This document shows positions 63,682-64,000 of a DNA stretch of 64,000 bases, one piece after another; position 1 is the stretch's first letter, and every line of letters begins with the position of its first letter. Made by a program: the position numbers and the translations under genes. The stretch is from Actinomycetota bacterium (GTDB taxonomy: Bacteria; Actinomycetota; JAHEXW01; JAGVPG01), in contig JAGVPG010000021.1 in NCBI GenBank assembly GCA_020052375.1, positions 17,969 to 81,968 on the forward strand. The letters run 5' to 3'. The notes beneath the pieces were generated by a model. That model worked only from the letters and a program-made list of their open reading frames with translations, was not told the DNA's origin and searched no databases.

Positions 63682-64000
63682 TCAAGGATTCGATATCCGC
63701 TCTATGGCTTCACGGATGGCACTGTCTTCGAAACCCTTGTTCTTCAGATAGGAATAAATCCTTCTATTGACAGTCTCCGGAGCGAGATCCTTAAGCTGGT
63801 TGATGCGCCTAGAAGCAGCGTTGAGAGCCCGAAGTTTTTCCATTTCCGGATCGTAGAACTGATCGAGCTTGGAGTTGATAAGCTGGGGATCGATGCCTTT
63901 TTTAAGAAGCTCCACTCTTATACGGATGCGTCCGAGGCTCTTTAAGTCGGCTCTTTGAAGTATCCAACTTTCTACCAGGCATTCGTCATCAAGCAGACCG
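63682..64000 (-). CDS. recX: recombination regulator RecX (5' end beyond the window)
   Basis: C-terminal repeats LKKGID..; the frame stays open to the window edge (GLLDDECLVESW..). Confidence 0.75.
   Translation of the reverse strand, partial: GLLDDECLVESWILQRADLKSLGRIRIRVELLKKGIDPQLINSKLDQFYDPEMEKLRALNAASRRINQLKDLAPETVNRRIYSYLKNKGFEDSAIREAIERISNP

Noticed and set aside
1-64000. Recoding events (selenocysteine TGA, programmed frameshifts), reverse-transcriptase-based systems (retron, DGR), group I/II introns, and rRNA, tmRNA, RNase P or SRP genes.
   Set aside because: No pair of adjacent same-strand ORFs looks like one gene split by a stop codon or frameshift. No RT-like protein is present. 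None of the conserved cores of these RNAs was seen in the non-coding gaps. This was an inspection by eye, so small or divergent elements could have been missed.

Overview
This is a 64-kb, about 50% GC, densely coding chromosomal segment. I call about 75 CDS, one tRNA-Pro(GGG) and one FMN riboswitch. I found no rRNA, CRISPR array, transposase, integrase or phage genes. The content is mostly housekeeping for an anaerobic bacterium. It includes priA-def-fmt, an FMN-riboswitch-controlled ribD-ribE-ribBA-ribH operon, miaA-dapF-HIT-dapL, hflX, and divergent lexA and nrdR-nrdD-grx-nrdG. It also includes dut, a long minus-strand operon (miaB-PRTase-BFN-HgdB-like-queD-queC-unknown-queE-K channel-archaemetzincin), PHP-rny-recX, a znuABC-like transporter, a P-type ATPase with wrbA, and a small-ORF-dinB pair. 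The gene order (recX, miaB, miaA-dapF-hflX, lexA/nrdR, FHA-MerR, BFN) recalls the conserved actinobacterial recA-to-nrdR region. The recX-rny arrangement, class III RNR and several radical SAM enzymes suggest a deep-branching anaerobic lineage, but I cannot assign taxonomy from sequence alone. I found no obvious defense or mobile system. The points most worth a second look are as follows. (1) Degenerate tandem arrays of period 7-8 nt sit on stop codons and gene junctions at about eleven sites. (2) queC and rny have conserved N-termini that lie upstream of any ATG/GTG/TTG, which implies AUH-type starts. (3) A terminator-like hairpin abuts the rny ribosome-binding site. (4) A tightly coupled 7-deazaguanine operon carries an unknown gene and a 2-hydroxyacyl-CoA-dehydratase-family gene. 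(5) Two large structured non-coding regions share a hairpin/GAGCGTTAGCG element around tRNA-Pro. (6) A small coiled-coil protein carries an RsiG-like c-di-GMP-binding motif. (7) A shared CGAAC-N4-GTTTGCAT SOS-type operator precedes lexA and the dinB operon. All functional calls rest on motifs read by eye, and no database search was run.
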